A stretch of 64,000 nucleotides of DNA. It comes from an uncultured Bacteroidota bacterium. Lineage in GTDB: Bacteria; Bacteroidota; Bacteroidia; JABEUT01. A program made the translations under genes and the position numbers. Below are positions 41,696-50,176 of the stretch, in pieces. The notes below the pieces were generated by a model. That model saw only the letters and a list, made by a program, of their open reading frames with translations. It did not search any database and was not told the DNA's origin. The stretch covers positions 12,589 through 76,588 of the forward strand of contig CAIWVW010000143.1 in the NCBI GenBank assembly GCA_903916255.1, in the 5' to 3' direction. Within the stretch, counting starts at the first letter, position 1. Every line of letters begins with the position of its first letter.

Positions 41696-42865
41696 TCATG
41701 TAAATTTTGTTTTGAGTTTCAAAAAACCTTTTTCAAAGAACTCATACGAAATAATTGCTGTGATGATTGTAAAAATAAGGGTGCTGGCATAAAGCACTAC
41801 GTTCATCTGCCATCCGGAAACTTCCCGTTTAAATATACTTTCCGTCATTTGAAGGGAGAGTATTCTCAATATCGGGTGATACATATATAATCCATACGAA
41901 ACCTTTCCCAGATAATTCATCCATTTATAATCAAGACTAAGTATGGAACGTGAATTAGTAGCCAGGTTAACGATTATTACCATGAAAAATACTGAATACA
42001 TTTCATAAAACACACTTGGAAAACCTTCTTTTGCAATAGGCTTTACCCCAATTCTGAGCAACAGTAAACTTATTGTTATTACATAAGTAACCCATTGAAC
42101 ATCCTTCCGGTAAATAAAATGGAGTATTTTATTTTTTTCAAAAATCACCCAATAAGCGCCAATTCCGCCTATGGCCATGCAACTGACGCGATATTGCATT
42201 ATTACCCCACGGGCAAAACGGAAAAGTGTATTGTGCAATTCTTTCCATGAAAAGAAATCATTACCCAGAAACAATGCGTTTCTTACAAATAGCACCAGTA
42301 CCACAACAGAAAGAAATATCCACAGATATTTTTTTGTAATTTTCAATACTATCGGCCAGCAGATATAAAAGAACTCCTCTACTCCTACTGACCATATCGG
42401 GCCAATGGTTCGCGGCAAACCTGAGGTGCTTCTTACAAATGGGCTGAGAAATAATAAAGTGGCAAAAAAGAAAGGCCAGAAATGCTTATATATATTGGAA
42501 GAGTAATCTTCGGTGAACCAACTTATATGGGGAAGCACAAAAAAACCGGCCATAACAATCAGAAAATAAAGCGGCCATATCCGGAGCGTTCTCCGGGTAT
42601 AGTATGATTTAAGATTTATGGTACCTGTAGCCTTTTTCTCTTTCAGCAATAAATAGGTAATAAGAAAGCCGCTGAGCACAAAAAACAAACTTACATCCAT
42701 ATTTCCTATAAGGCTGTAATATCTTAATGGCGCAAGTGTCTCCCTGTGATTAATGAACTTAATATCCTCAATATGGAAAATGATGATAATTAAGGAACCT
42801 ATAAACCTTAGCCCATCTAAATTTGGAAAATAATTTTTTCTTCGTGAATAGTCTTTCTCCATCAA
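41696..42865 (-). CDS. Membrane O-acyltransferase family 3. Cluster paralog 2.
   Basis: 389 aa. NLDGLRFIGSLIIIIFH. About 55% identical to the 32675..33811 product. Confidence 0.8.
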   Translation of the reverse strand: MMEKDYSRRKNYFPNLDGLRFIGSLIIIIFHIEDIKFINHRETLAPLRYYSLIGNMDVSLFFVLSGFLITYLLLKEKKATGTINLKSYYTRRTLRIWPLYFLIVMAGFFVLPHISWFTEDYSSNIYKHFWPFFFATLLFLSPFVRSTSGLPRTIGPIWSVGVEEFFYICWPIVLKITKKYLWIFLSVVVLVLFVRNALFLGNDFFSWKELHNTLFRFARGVIMQYRVSCMAIGGIGAYWVIFEKNKILHFIYRKDVQWVTYVITISLLLLRIGVKPIAKEGFPSVFYEMYSVFFMVIIVNLATNSRSILSLDYKWMNYLGKVSYGLYMYHPILRILSLQMTESIFKREVSGWQMNVVLYASTLIFTIITAIISYEFFEKGFLKLKTKFT

Positions 42866-43091
42866 AAAAGATTAAAGAGTTTACAGGTAAATGCAAAAGC
42901 AATTTAACTTTTAGACTCTGTCTTCTTCTGAATGTAGCTTGGCTTTCACGATGTTTAATGTTTTTTTAACCCGATATTAATTTAGTTTTAATTCGGTTTT
43001 AATTCCAATTTAATAACACACCCTTCTTGTTTGGCAATAGAGTATTATTCCACCATTACTAGAAAATTTATGTGTAAAACCCCGATACTAA

Positions 43092-44183
43092 TTATACCGC
43101 GGCCTTCACTTCAACCTTTTTCAGCTTATCCCGTTCCGCTTTTTCTTTGAGGTAATTATCCAACTGGCCCGATTCTGCCAAGTGTACAAGGTTGTTATCC
43201 TTTTTCAAAAGCTTCCACGATTTCCATATGGGCGGATGAATAGCCAGCATATCGAGCAGCATATATAATGGCGCTATTTTAAAAGCATAAAACGGGTCTG
43301 TCCAGCGGTATCCAACACCAATAGAATCGGAAGCATTTTTTACCGTATGCCAGTAAAACGGAGGATTCCAAAGTATGTCTCCCGGTTGAAGGCTTACGGA
43401 ATAGCCATCTATATATTTATACAACTCATTCGGCGGGCTATAATCCGGGCTGAACGGGTCGAAAGGCATATTATTTTTCCCTCTGAAAGGAGCGTTCCTA
43501 TATACATTTCGAACCGGGTCGGGGTCAACAATCATCGTATAATATTGAGAAATCAAAATCCAGTCTTTTTGCCCGTAAGTCTGAACAAAAAAGTTAGGCG
43601 GATTGGCATTATGAACATAAGAAATGCTGTCTTTCGGCCCGATAAAAACCTGAAATGCTTCAAATAGTGAAAACTTGGTCTTCCTGTCAAGCAACCATTG
43701 GTAATCAAAATCCTTAAGATGTTCAGGATGTCTGTCTAATAAAGGATAAAACCTGTAATATTTCTTCCCACCTCCTTTAATATTATCAATAACCTCCCTC
43801 AACGTAATTGCTTCGTAGTTATTCATGTTTTCCTGCGTTGCCATTACTATTTCATCATCGCCATGCAATTCTTTAAAATAATCAAGCGACCATTTCTTTA
43901 CGCAATCCCAATCTTTGGCGGCCCCTTCCAGCACCACAGGGATTCCTTTCCGCATGTAATGGTTCTTGAACTCTTTGAGGCTGATATCTTTTCTTCTTTC
44001 TATAGGATATATTTTACCCTCTCCGCTTTTCTTAAGGGTTTCCAGTAAGTTTCTGTAGAATTTTTTCCGGCGCTTGCCAAGCATTTTAAAAGTTCTTTCC
44101 CTTCCCAGAAAATGGTCGAGAAACTGGTAAATGCCATATTCAAAACGTTGGCTGTTTTTTATATTTCTTCTGAAGTCACTCAT
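43092..44183 (-). CDS. Cupin_8/JmjC-like oxygenase homologue, paralog P4. Motif HNA...H.
   Basis: 363 aa. YVHNANPPNFF. YWHTVKN. Closest to P1. Confidence 0.7.
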   Translation of the reverse strand: MSDFRRNIKNSQRFEYGIYQFLDHFLGRERTFKMLGKRRKKFYRNLLETLKKSGEGKIYPIERRKDISLKEFKNHYMRKGIPVVLEGAAKDWDCVKKWSLDYFKELHGDDEIVMATQENMNNYEAITLREVIDNIKGGGKKYYRFYPLLDRHPEHLKDFDYQWLLDRKTKFSLFEAFQVFIGPKDSISYVHNANPPNFFVQTYGQKDWILISQYYTMIVDPDPVRNVYRNAPFRGKNNMPFDPFSPDYSPPNELYKYIDGYSVSLQPGDILWNPPFYWHTVKNASDSIGVGYRWTDPFYAFKIAPLYMLLDMLAIHPPIWKSWKLLKKDNNLVHLAESGQLDNYLKEKAERDKLKKVEVKAAV

Positions 44184-44201
44184 TTTACTGCAATTTTAAA
44201 T

Positions 44202-45308
44202 TTACACTGCGGCTTTAGCTTTCAAGGTTTTTTCCTGCTTTTTAGCTTCATCTCTTTCGGCTTTCTTTTTCAAATAATCTTCCAACTGCCCTGTTTCGGC
44301 AAGATAAATTAAGTTGGCATCCTTGCGAACCATTTCACTACCCTTCCATATGGGAGGATTCCTTGCGCAGAAATCGAGCAACATATAAAGAGGGGCTATC
44401 TTTAAAGAATATAACGGAGGAATCCAGCGGAAACTTACGCCAATTGAATCAGTCGGGTTTTGCACACAATGCCAGTAATACGGCGGCAACCATAACACAT
44501 CACCCGGCCTTACTGTAGCTTCAAGGGTATCGATGTATTTGAAGAGTTCATATGGCCTTTCATAGTTGCCCGGCTTAAACGGGTCGAACGGGCCCTTATC
44601 CGTACGCATAGGTGCATGGCGGTAAACATTCTTAACCGGGTCGGGGTCCAAAACCATAGTATAATAGGGTGGATATAAAATCCATTTCTTTTCCCCATAT
44701 ACCTGTAAAAACATATTGCAGGAACAGGCATTATGCAAGCCCGTTGCGGTTCCCGCGCCGCCCATAAATACCTGGAATGCTTCGAACCAGTTGATACGGT
44801 TTTTGTGCTTCAGAAGCCAGTTATAATCAAACTCCTTAATATGCTCCGGATGCCTATCCAACAAAGGATAGAAGCGATAATACTTCCCCCCCCCCGAACG
44901 CATATTATCTATTACCTCCCCAAGCGTAATTGTTTCATAAGGATATCCTTCCTTTTGGAGTTGGACGAGCAAAATTTCATCATCGCCATGTAATTCTTTA
45001 AAATATTCAAATGACCAATCTTTTACACAGGCCCAATCTTTGGCAATACCTTCCATAACCACCGGAATACCCTTTCTTAAGTAATGGTCGCGGAATTCCT
45101 TTATACTTAAATCTTTACGTCTTTCTATTTGAACTGCCTTGCCGGGACCGCTTTGTTTAAGGGTTTCCGTCAGATTTTTATAGAACTTTCTGCGTCGGGT
45201 ACCGAATAACTTAAACATCCGCTGACGCCCAAAAAAATGGTCAAGAATTTGGTAAACACCATATTCCAACCGCTGGCTCCGCTTAATATTTCTTTTATAG
45301 TCACTCAT
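44202..45308 (-). CDS. Cupin_8/JmjC-like oxygenase homologue, paralog P5. Motif HNA...H.
   Basis: 368 aa. GLHNACSCNMF. YWHCVQN. Lys-rich tail. Confidence 0.7.
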   Translation of the reverse strand: MSDYKRNIKRSQRLEYGVYQILDHFFGRQRMFKLFGTRRRKFYKNLTETLKQSGPGKAVQIERRKDLSIKEFRDHYLRKGIPVVMEGIAKDWACVKDWSFEYFKELHGDDEILLVQLQKEGYPYETITLGEVIDNMRSGGGKYYRFYPLLDRHPEHIKEFDYNWLLKHKNRINWFEAFQVFMGGAGTATGLHNACSCNMFLQVYGEKKWILYPPYYTMVLDPDPVKNVYRHAPMRTDKGPFDPFKPGNYERPYELFKYIDTLEATVRPGDVLWLPPYYWHCVQNPTDSIGVSFRWIPPLYSLKIAPLYMLLDFCARNPPIWKGSEMVRKDANLIYLAETGQLEDYLKKKAERDEAKKQEKTLKAKAAV

Positions 45309-45403
45309 TATACTTCACTAAATAAACACAAATATATGGTAATTATTGCGAAAATACTGTGAGTTTCCATTTCAATATTGCATAAAGCTTTCGCAGAAAG
45401 TAT

Positions 45404-45411
45404 TAACTTTG
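45404..45411 (+). promoter_or_regulatory. Candidate Bacteroidota sigma-A -7 element (TAACTTTG matches TAnnTTTG) upstream of the FabH-ACP-FabH-SDR-GT2 operon. TTG at 45378-45380 could be the -33 element.
   Basis: The motif lies 19 bp upstream of the GTG start at 45430, in a 120-bp intergenic gap. Confidence 0.3.
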
Positions 45412-45429
45412 TGAAAATTACGATAAAGA

Positions 45430-46434
45430 GTGGGTGCTTTCATTAAAGCTATAAGCTATTATTTGCCTGAAAAAATTCTGAATAATGAAGAATTGTCACG
45501 CATATTCCCCGAATATACTCCCGAAGAGATTTTCAGGCGCACAGGCGTGAAAGAAAGGCGAATAGCTGCTGACGATGAAATACCCTCTGATTCAGCAGTT
45601 ACAGCTACGGCCAAATTCTTTGAAGAACATCCGCATGTTAAGAAAGAAGATATAGATTTTCTTATTTTCACCACTGAAATGGTTGACAGGCGCGGCCCGG
45701 CAACAGCTTGCATTTTGCAAAATAAACTAGGGCTGCCAACTACCCTTGGAGCTATTGATATTCCTATGGGTTGTTCGGGTTTTATTTATGGATTAATGGT
45801 AGCTAATTCCCTTATTACAACAAAAGTCGCAAAAAATATATTATTTCTGACTGGAGATGCGGCTACGAAAGTAATCCACCCGAGAGACCATGAATTACGG
45901 ATGATTTTTGGCGATGCAATGGCAGTAACGCTTATCAGCGAAACTGAAAACAGCGGTATTGGGGGTTTTGTTTATGGCACCGATGGCTCCGGAGCTCCTA
46001 ATTTAATTGTGGAAGGATGTTGCGGAGCCGAGAAACCTACCCGCGAATGGCTTGATAAATATAGTGATGCAGGAGGAATGGCTTACGGCATATTTAGCAT
46101 GAAAGGGCCTGAAGTTTTAACTTTCTCATTACGCAAAGTACCACCCTTGGTAAAAGAAACGCTTGAAAAAGCTAACTTAACCATGGACGATATTGACCTT
46201 TTTGTATTCCATCAGGCAAGCGGATTTATCTTAGAGGTGTTGAGAAGGAAAATGAAAATTCCGAAAGAGAAATTTTTTACTAATCTTGAATTTATTGGTA
46301 ACACCGTAGCTGCAACAATTCCATTAGCTTTGTACGATGCGGTGAAAGAAGGCCGAGCAAAAAAAGGCGATAAGGTTTTGATTGCAGGATTCGGGATTGG
46401 CTATTCCTGGGGAGCAACAGTTATAACAATTTGA
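45430..46434 (+). CDS. FabH-family 3-oxoacyl-ACP synthase III-like condensing enzyme (copy 1), GTG start
   Basis: 334 aa. Cys-His-Asn triad in the contexts GCSGFIYG, FHQASG and GNTVAATIPLAL. Confidence 0.8.
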   Translation: MGAFIKAISYYLPEKILNNEELSRIFPEYTPEEIFRRTGVKERRIAADDEIPSDSAVTATAKFFEEHPHVKKEDIDFLIFTTEMVDRRGPATACILQNKLGLPTTLGAIDIPMGCSGFIYGLMVANSLITTKVAKNILFLTGDAATKVIHPRDHELRMIFGDAMAVTLISETENSGIGGFVYGTDGSGAPNLIVEGCCGAEKPTREWLDKYSDAGGMAYGIFSMKGPEVLTFSLRKVPPLVKETLEKANLTMDDIDLFVFHQASGFILEVLRRKMKIPKEKFFTNLEFIGNTVAATIPLALYDAVKEGRAKKGDKVLIAGFGIGYSWGATVITI

Positions 46435-46447
46435 TAATTTTAATTAT

Positions 46448-46690
46448 ATGGATATAAATACATTTATACAACAATTACAGGGAGAGTTTGAAGATATTCC
46501 TGCAGGCTTCCTGAAACCGGAAACAAAAATCAGCGATATTGAAGGCTGGGGCTCTATGCACGCCCTTATTGTTATTGCGCTTATAGATACCGAATATGGC
46601 GTTACCCTTAAAGGCGATGAGTTGAGAAAAGTATCTTCTGTACAAGAGCTTTATGATATGGTTGTCAATCTGAAAAATAATCCGGAATAA
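46448..46690 (+). CDS. Acyl carrier protein (discrete, cluster-associated)
   Basis: 80 aa. IEGWGSMHAL, with Ser at the phosphopantetheine-attachment position of the DSL-type motif. Confidence 0.75.
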   Translation: MDINTFIQQLQGEFEDIPAGFLKPETKISDIEGWGSMHALIVIALIDTEYGVTLKGDELRKVSSVQELYDMVVNLKNNPE

Positions 46691-46695
46691 AAGAA

Positions 46696-47751
46696 ATGGC
46701 TTCCTTTTCAATAAATAACGTAAGCATTAAAGGTATTGCAGGAGCTGTACCGAAAGAGGAATTATCCAATTGGGATTATACCCATATTACCGAACAAGAA
46801 AGGAAACTCCTGATTAAAACTACCGGTGTTGAAAAGCGCAGGATGGTTGGGAAATCTGGAATTACTACAACTGATTTATGCAAAGCAGCCGCTGAAAAAC
46901 TACTGGAAGCAACTAACACTTCCAAAGACGATATTCAGATTTTAATTTTTGTTTCCCAAACGCCCGATTACTTTCTGCCCGCCAGCAGCATAACATTGCA
47001 AAACAGGCTTGGCTTGCCCAAAACCTGCATGGCATTCGATATTAATTTAGGTTGCTCCGGATATGTATATGGACTGTCAGCTATATCATCATTAATAAGC
47101 GTAGGTAAATTCAAAAAAGCCCTTTTATTGTGCGGTGATATTTCTTCTGCCGGCCCTCCGGAGGAAGATAAAAGCGTATTCCCGCTTTTTGGAGATGGCG
47201 GCACTGCAACCCTTTTAGAATACGATGAAACCGCCGCTACCATGCATTTCAGCAACCAGAGTGACGGTTCAGGATATGAAGCCATAATAGTAAGGGAAGG
47301 TGGTATGCGCAAACCATTTACGGTGGATTCATTCACGATGGTGGAAAAGGAAAAAGGCATTTCCCGCGCCAGCCGCAATTTGGAATTAAACGGAATGGCG
47401 GTATTTAATTTTTCAGTTACAGAGGTACCTAAAAATATTGCGGAGTTCTTCAGCACGACCAATACAGGTCCTGATTCCTATGATTATTTTGTAATGCACC
47501 AGGCCAATTTACTGATGAATGAAACCATCCGGAAGAAAATGAAATTCCCTCCGGAAAAAGTGCCTTATACATTGCCTAAATTTGGCAACACCAGTTCTGC
47601 CTCCATACCACTAACAATAGTTTCCGAACTGCATGATAAAGTTGCAGGGGAAGTATCATGGCTGCTTTCAGGGTTTGGTGTTGGCTTATCATGGGCAACA
47701 GTTTCGCTGAAAACAAAAGATTTGATTTGCCCTGAAATTGTAGAATTATAG
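46696..47751 (+). CDS. FabH-family KAS III-like condensing enzyme (copy 2)
   Basis: 351 aa. GCSGYVYG, MHQANLLM and GNTSSASIPL triad contexts. Confidence 0.8.
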   Translation: MASFSINNVSIKGIAGAVPKEELSNWDYTHITEQERKLLIKTTGVEKRRMVGKSGITTTDLCKAAAEKLLEATNTSKDDIQILIFVSQTPDYFLPASSITLQNRLGLPKTCMAFDINLGCSGYVYGLSAISSLISVGKFKKALLLCGDISSAGPPEEDKSVFPLFGDGGTATLLEYDETAATMHFSNQSDGSGYEAIIVREGGMRKPFTVDSFTMVEKEKGISRASRNLELNGMAVFNFSVTEVPKNIAEFFSTTNTGPDSYDYFVMHQANLLMNETIRKKMKFPPEKVPYTLPKFGNTSSASIPLTIVSELHDKVAGEVSWLLSGFGVGLSWATVSLKTKDLICPEIVEL

Positions 47752-47756
47752 AAAAT

Positions 47757-48506
47757 ATGTCTACCCCTTTTCATCTTCATAATAAAACGGTACTTGTAAC
47801 GGGGGCCTCTTCCGGCATCGGAAAACAAGTTGCTATTTCTTGCAGCGCTATGGGCGCAAAAGTGGTAATTACGGGAAGGGACGAAAAACGGTTAGCGGAA
47901 ACATTTTCAGTATTGCAAGGTGAAGGACATTCCCAATTTGTTTGCGATTTGATGGATGAAACCCAACGCAATAATTTATTCGATACCATTCCTGCAATTG
48001 ACGGATATGTGCATTCGGCGGGAGTTGTAGCACCAGTTCCGGTGAAGTTTATTGCCGAAAAACATATACGTTACATTATGGGTGTAAATTTTGAATCGGC
48101 AGTGCTTTCAGTTGCGCGTTTACTAAAAAATAAAAAGTTGAACGATGCCGCCTCCTTAGTATTTTTTTCATCCATATCTGTAAGCTATCCCTATGCGGGA
48201 GGAGCTTTATACACAGCATCCAAAGGGGCAATAGAAGCCTACAGCAAAAATTTAGCGATTGAAATTCTCCCCAAGAAAATGCGCAGCAATGTGGTTGTTC
48301 CCGCAATGGTTAAAACGCCCTTGTACGAAGAAACTAAAAACCAATCGATGTACCGAAGCGCGGAAGAATATGAAAGTAAATATCCACTTGGATTAGGCAT
48401 GCCGGAAGATGTGGCGAATGCCTGCATCTATTTATTATCCGAAGCATCCAGATGGGTAACAGGCATTAATCTTACGCTGGACGGAGGCTTCAGCATTGTT
48501 AAATAG
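47757..48506 (+). CDS. Short-chain dehydrogenase/reductase (FabG-like 3-oxoacyl-ACP reductase)
   Basis: 249 aa. TGASSGIG cofactor motif. YTASKGAIEAY is the YxxxK active site. Confidence 0.8.
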   Translation: MSTPFHLHNKTVLVTGASSGIGKQVAISCSAMGAKVVITGRDEKRLAETFSVLQGEGHSQFVCDLMDETQRNNLFDTIPAIDGYVHSAGVVAPVPVKFIAEKHIRYIMGVNFESAVLSVARLLKNKKLNDAASLVFFSSISVSYPYAGGALYTASKGAIEAYSKNLAIEILPKKMRSNVVVPAMVKTPLYEETKNQSMYRSAEEYESKYPLGLGMPEDVANACIYLLSEASRWVTGINLTLDGGFSIVK

Positions 48507-49434
48507 AATGGGCGGAACAATCAAAGATATTTCAATAGTAGTTCCGGTATTTAATGCCGCTCCGGCACTTATTGCCCTACAGGCTGAAATAGATAAAGTA
48601 ATGGCCCTGGAAGGGATTACATACAAACTTATTTTGGTAGATGACGGCTCGGAAGATAAAAGTTGGGAAGTTATCAGGGCCATAAAAAACAATCATCCGG
48701 AAAAGGTTACTGCCATCCGGATGTCGAAAAACTACGGACAGCACAATGCCATTTTTGTTGGATTCCGCAATGCCAAAAGTAATTATATAATTACTATCGA
48801 TGATGACCTGCAGCATCCGCCCGATGAAATACCGCGACTAATTAAATGCGCCGAAGAAACAGATGCAGATTTAGTTTATGGTATATCAGGCGCATACAAA
48901 AGGTCGTTACTGCGCAAGTTTTTGCGATGGGGGTTTCGCCTTTTAAACCGCATGACAGCCGATGATAAAGAGGGTTCCGCTTTCCGCATTATAAAAAAAG
49001 GATTGGTAGATAAACTGGTAACGCACGACCAGGAATTTGTCTTTATAGATGAGCTCGCAAATTGGTACACCGAAAAAATAGAGTATATAAAAGTGCGTCA
49101 CGATAAATCACATGTAGATAAATCGCGTTATCCTTTTTCACGCTTAAGCAAGCTTTATTACAATCTTGTATTTGGCTACAATGCTTTCCTGTTAAGGTTA
49201 ATCACATTTTTAGGATGTACCTCATCCGCCATTTCCATCCTTATCGGGGTTTTCTTTATTATCAAAAAAATATTTTTCCATGTGCAGGTTGGTTTCACCG
49301 GCATTGTAGTAAGCATTACCTTCACCGGTGGTGTTATTTTATTAAGTATCGGCATCATTGGTGAATATATGCGCCGCATGTATAATATTATGAATGCCAA
49401 ACCGCAATCTTCTGTCAGCGAAATATTAGAGTAG
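48496..49434 (+). CDS. GT2 polyprenyl-phosphate glycosyltransferase (DPM1/GtrB/ArnC-like) with two C-terminal TM helices
   Basis: 312 aa. ISIVVPVFNA...LVDDGSEDKS...TIDDDLQHPP. C-terminal hydrophobic hairpin. Overlaps the SDR gene by 11 bp. Confidence 0.8.
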   Translation: MLNRMGGTIKDISIVVPVFNAAPALIALQAEIDKVMALEGITYKLILVDDGSEDKSWEVIRAIKNNHPEKVTAIRMSKNYGQHNAIFVGFRNAKSNYIITIDDDLQHPPDEIPRLIKCAEETDADLVYGISGAYKRSLLRKFLRWGFRLLNRMTADDKEGSAFRIIKKGLVDKLVTHDQEFVFIDELANWYTEKIEYIKVRHDKSHVDKSRYPFSRLSKLYYNLVFGYNAFLLRLITFLGCTSSAISILIGVFFIIKKIFFHVQVGFTGIVVSITFTGGVILLSIGIIGEYMRRMYNIMNAKPQSSVSEILE

Positions 49435-49436
49435 TT

Positions 49437-50129
49437 ATGATAGTTCGCAAATACGGAATTACGCTCCGGAGGCTAAAAGAAGAAGATATTGAACTATTGC
49501 GTGAAAAACGTAATTCGACAGCCATACAAAACACCATGTTTTACCGCGAGCATATCACTCCCGAAATGCAAAAAAAATGGTTTGATTCCATCAACAATAA
49601 GAATAACGGCTATTTTATTATTGAGTTTGAAGGCAAAAAAATAGGGCTTATTCACGGAAAAGATATAGACTTTGAAAAACGAACATGCGAGGGCGGAATT
49701 TTCATCTGGGATGAAAGCTACATTGGCGGATTTATCCCTTCACTGGCTTCGGTAATGATGAATGACTGGACCTTTTACATGATTAATTTCAAAGCAATTT
49801 ATGCCAAAATAATGCTGGATAATACTATTGCTATCAACTACAATAAATTGATGGGCTATCAGCTTTGCGAGCCACAAAATGAGGACAAAGGAGTGCAATG
49901 GATGATACTTACAAAAGAACGCTACGAAAAACACATGAAACTCTTACGCAAAGCTATAAAGGAGATTACCGGCGACGGTGAAATTCTGAAGTTGGAAGAT
50001 GGCGATGCATCAGACGATTTGGGCAAAGAAATAGACCTTTTTTATAAAGGGCTACCGCCCGATATACAGGAAAGGGGGGATACTTTGTTGCGCTGGGCTT
50101 ATGAAAAGAAGCTAAGAGGTAAGAACTAA
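49437..50129 (+). CDS. GNAT-like N-acyltransferase domain protein with an acidic C-terminal extension
   Basis: 230 aa, GNAT-like N-terminal half. Starts 2 bp after the GT2 stop. Confidence 0.4.
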   Translation: MIVRKYGITLRRLKEEDIELLREKRNSTAIQNTMFYREHITPEMQKKWFDSINNKNNGYFIIEFEGKKIGLIHGKDIDFEKRTCEGGIFIWDESYIGGFIPSLASVMMNDWTFYMINFKAIYAKIMLDNTIAINYNKLMGYQLCEPQNEDKGVQWMILTKERYEKHMKLLRKAIKEITGDGEILKLEDGDASDDLGKEIDLFYKGLPPDIQERGDTLLRWAYEKKLRGKN

Positions 50130-50176
50130 GAGCTCTTATTTCTTAGCTAATTACTACATTTGCAGTTTAACGACAA

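Noticed and set aside
42866-43091. AT-rich intergenic region with repeated tttaatt units between acyltransferase paralog 2 and cupin P4
   Set aside because: It looks like a low-complexity AT-rich promoter region. It has no ORF, no RNA gene and no convincing structure.
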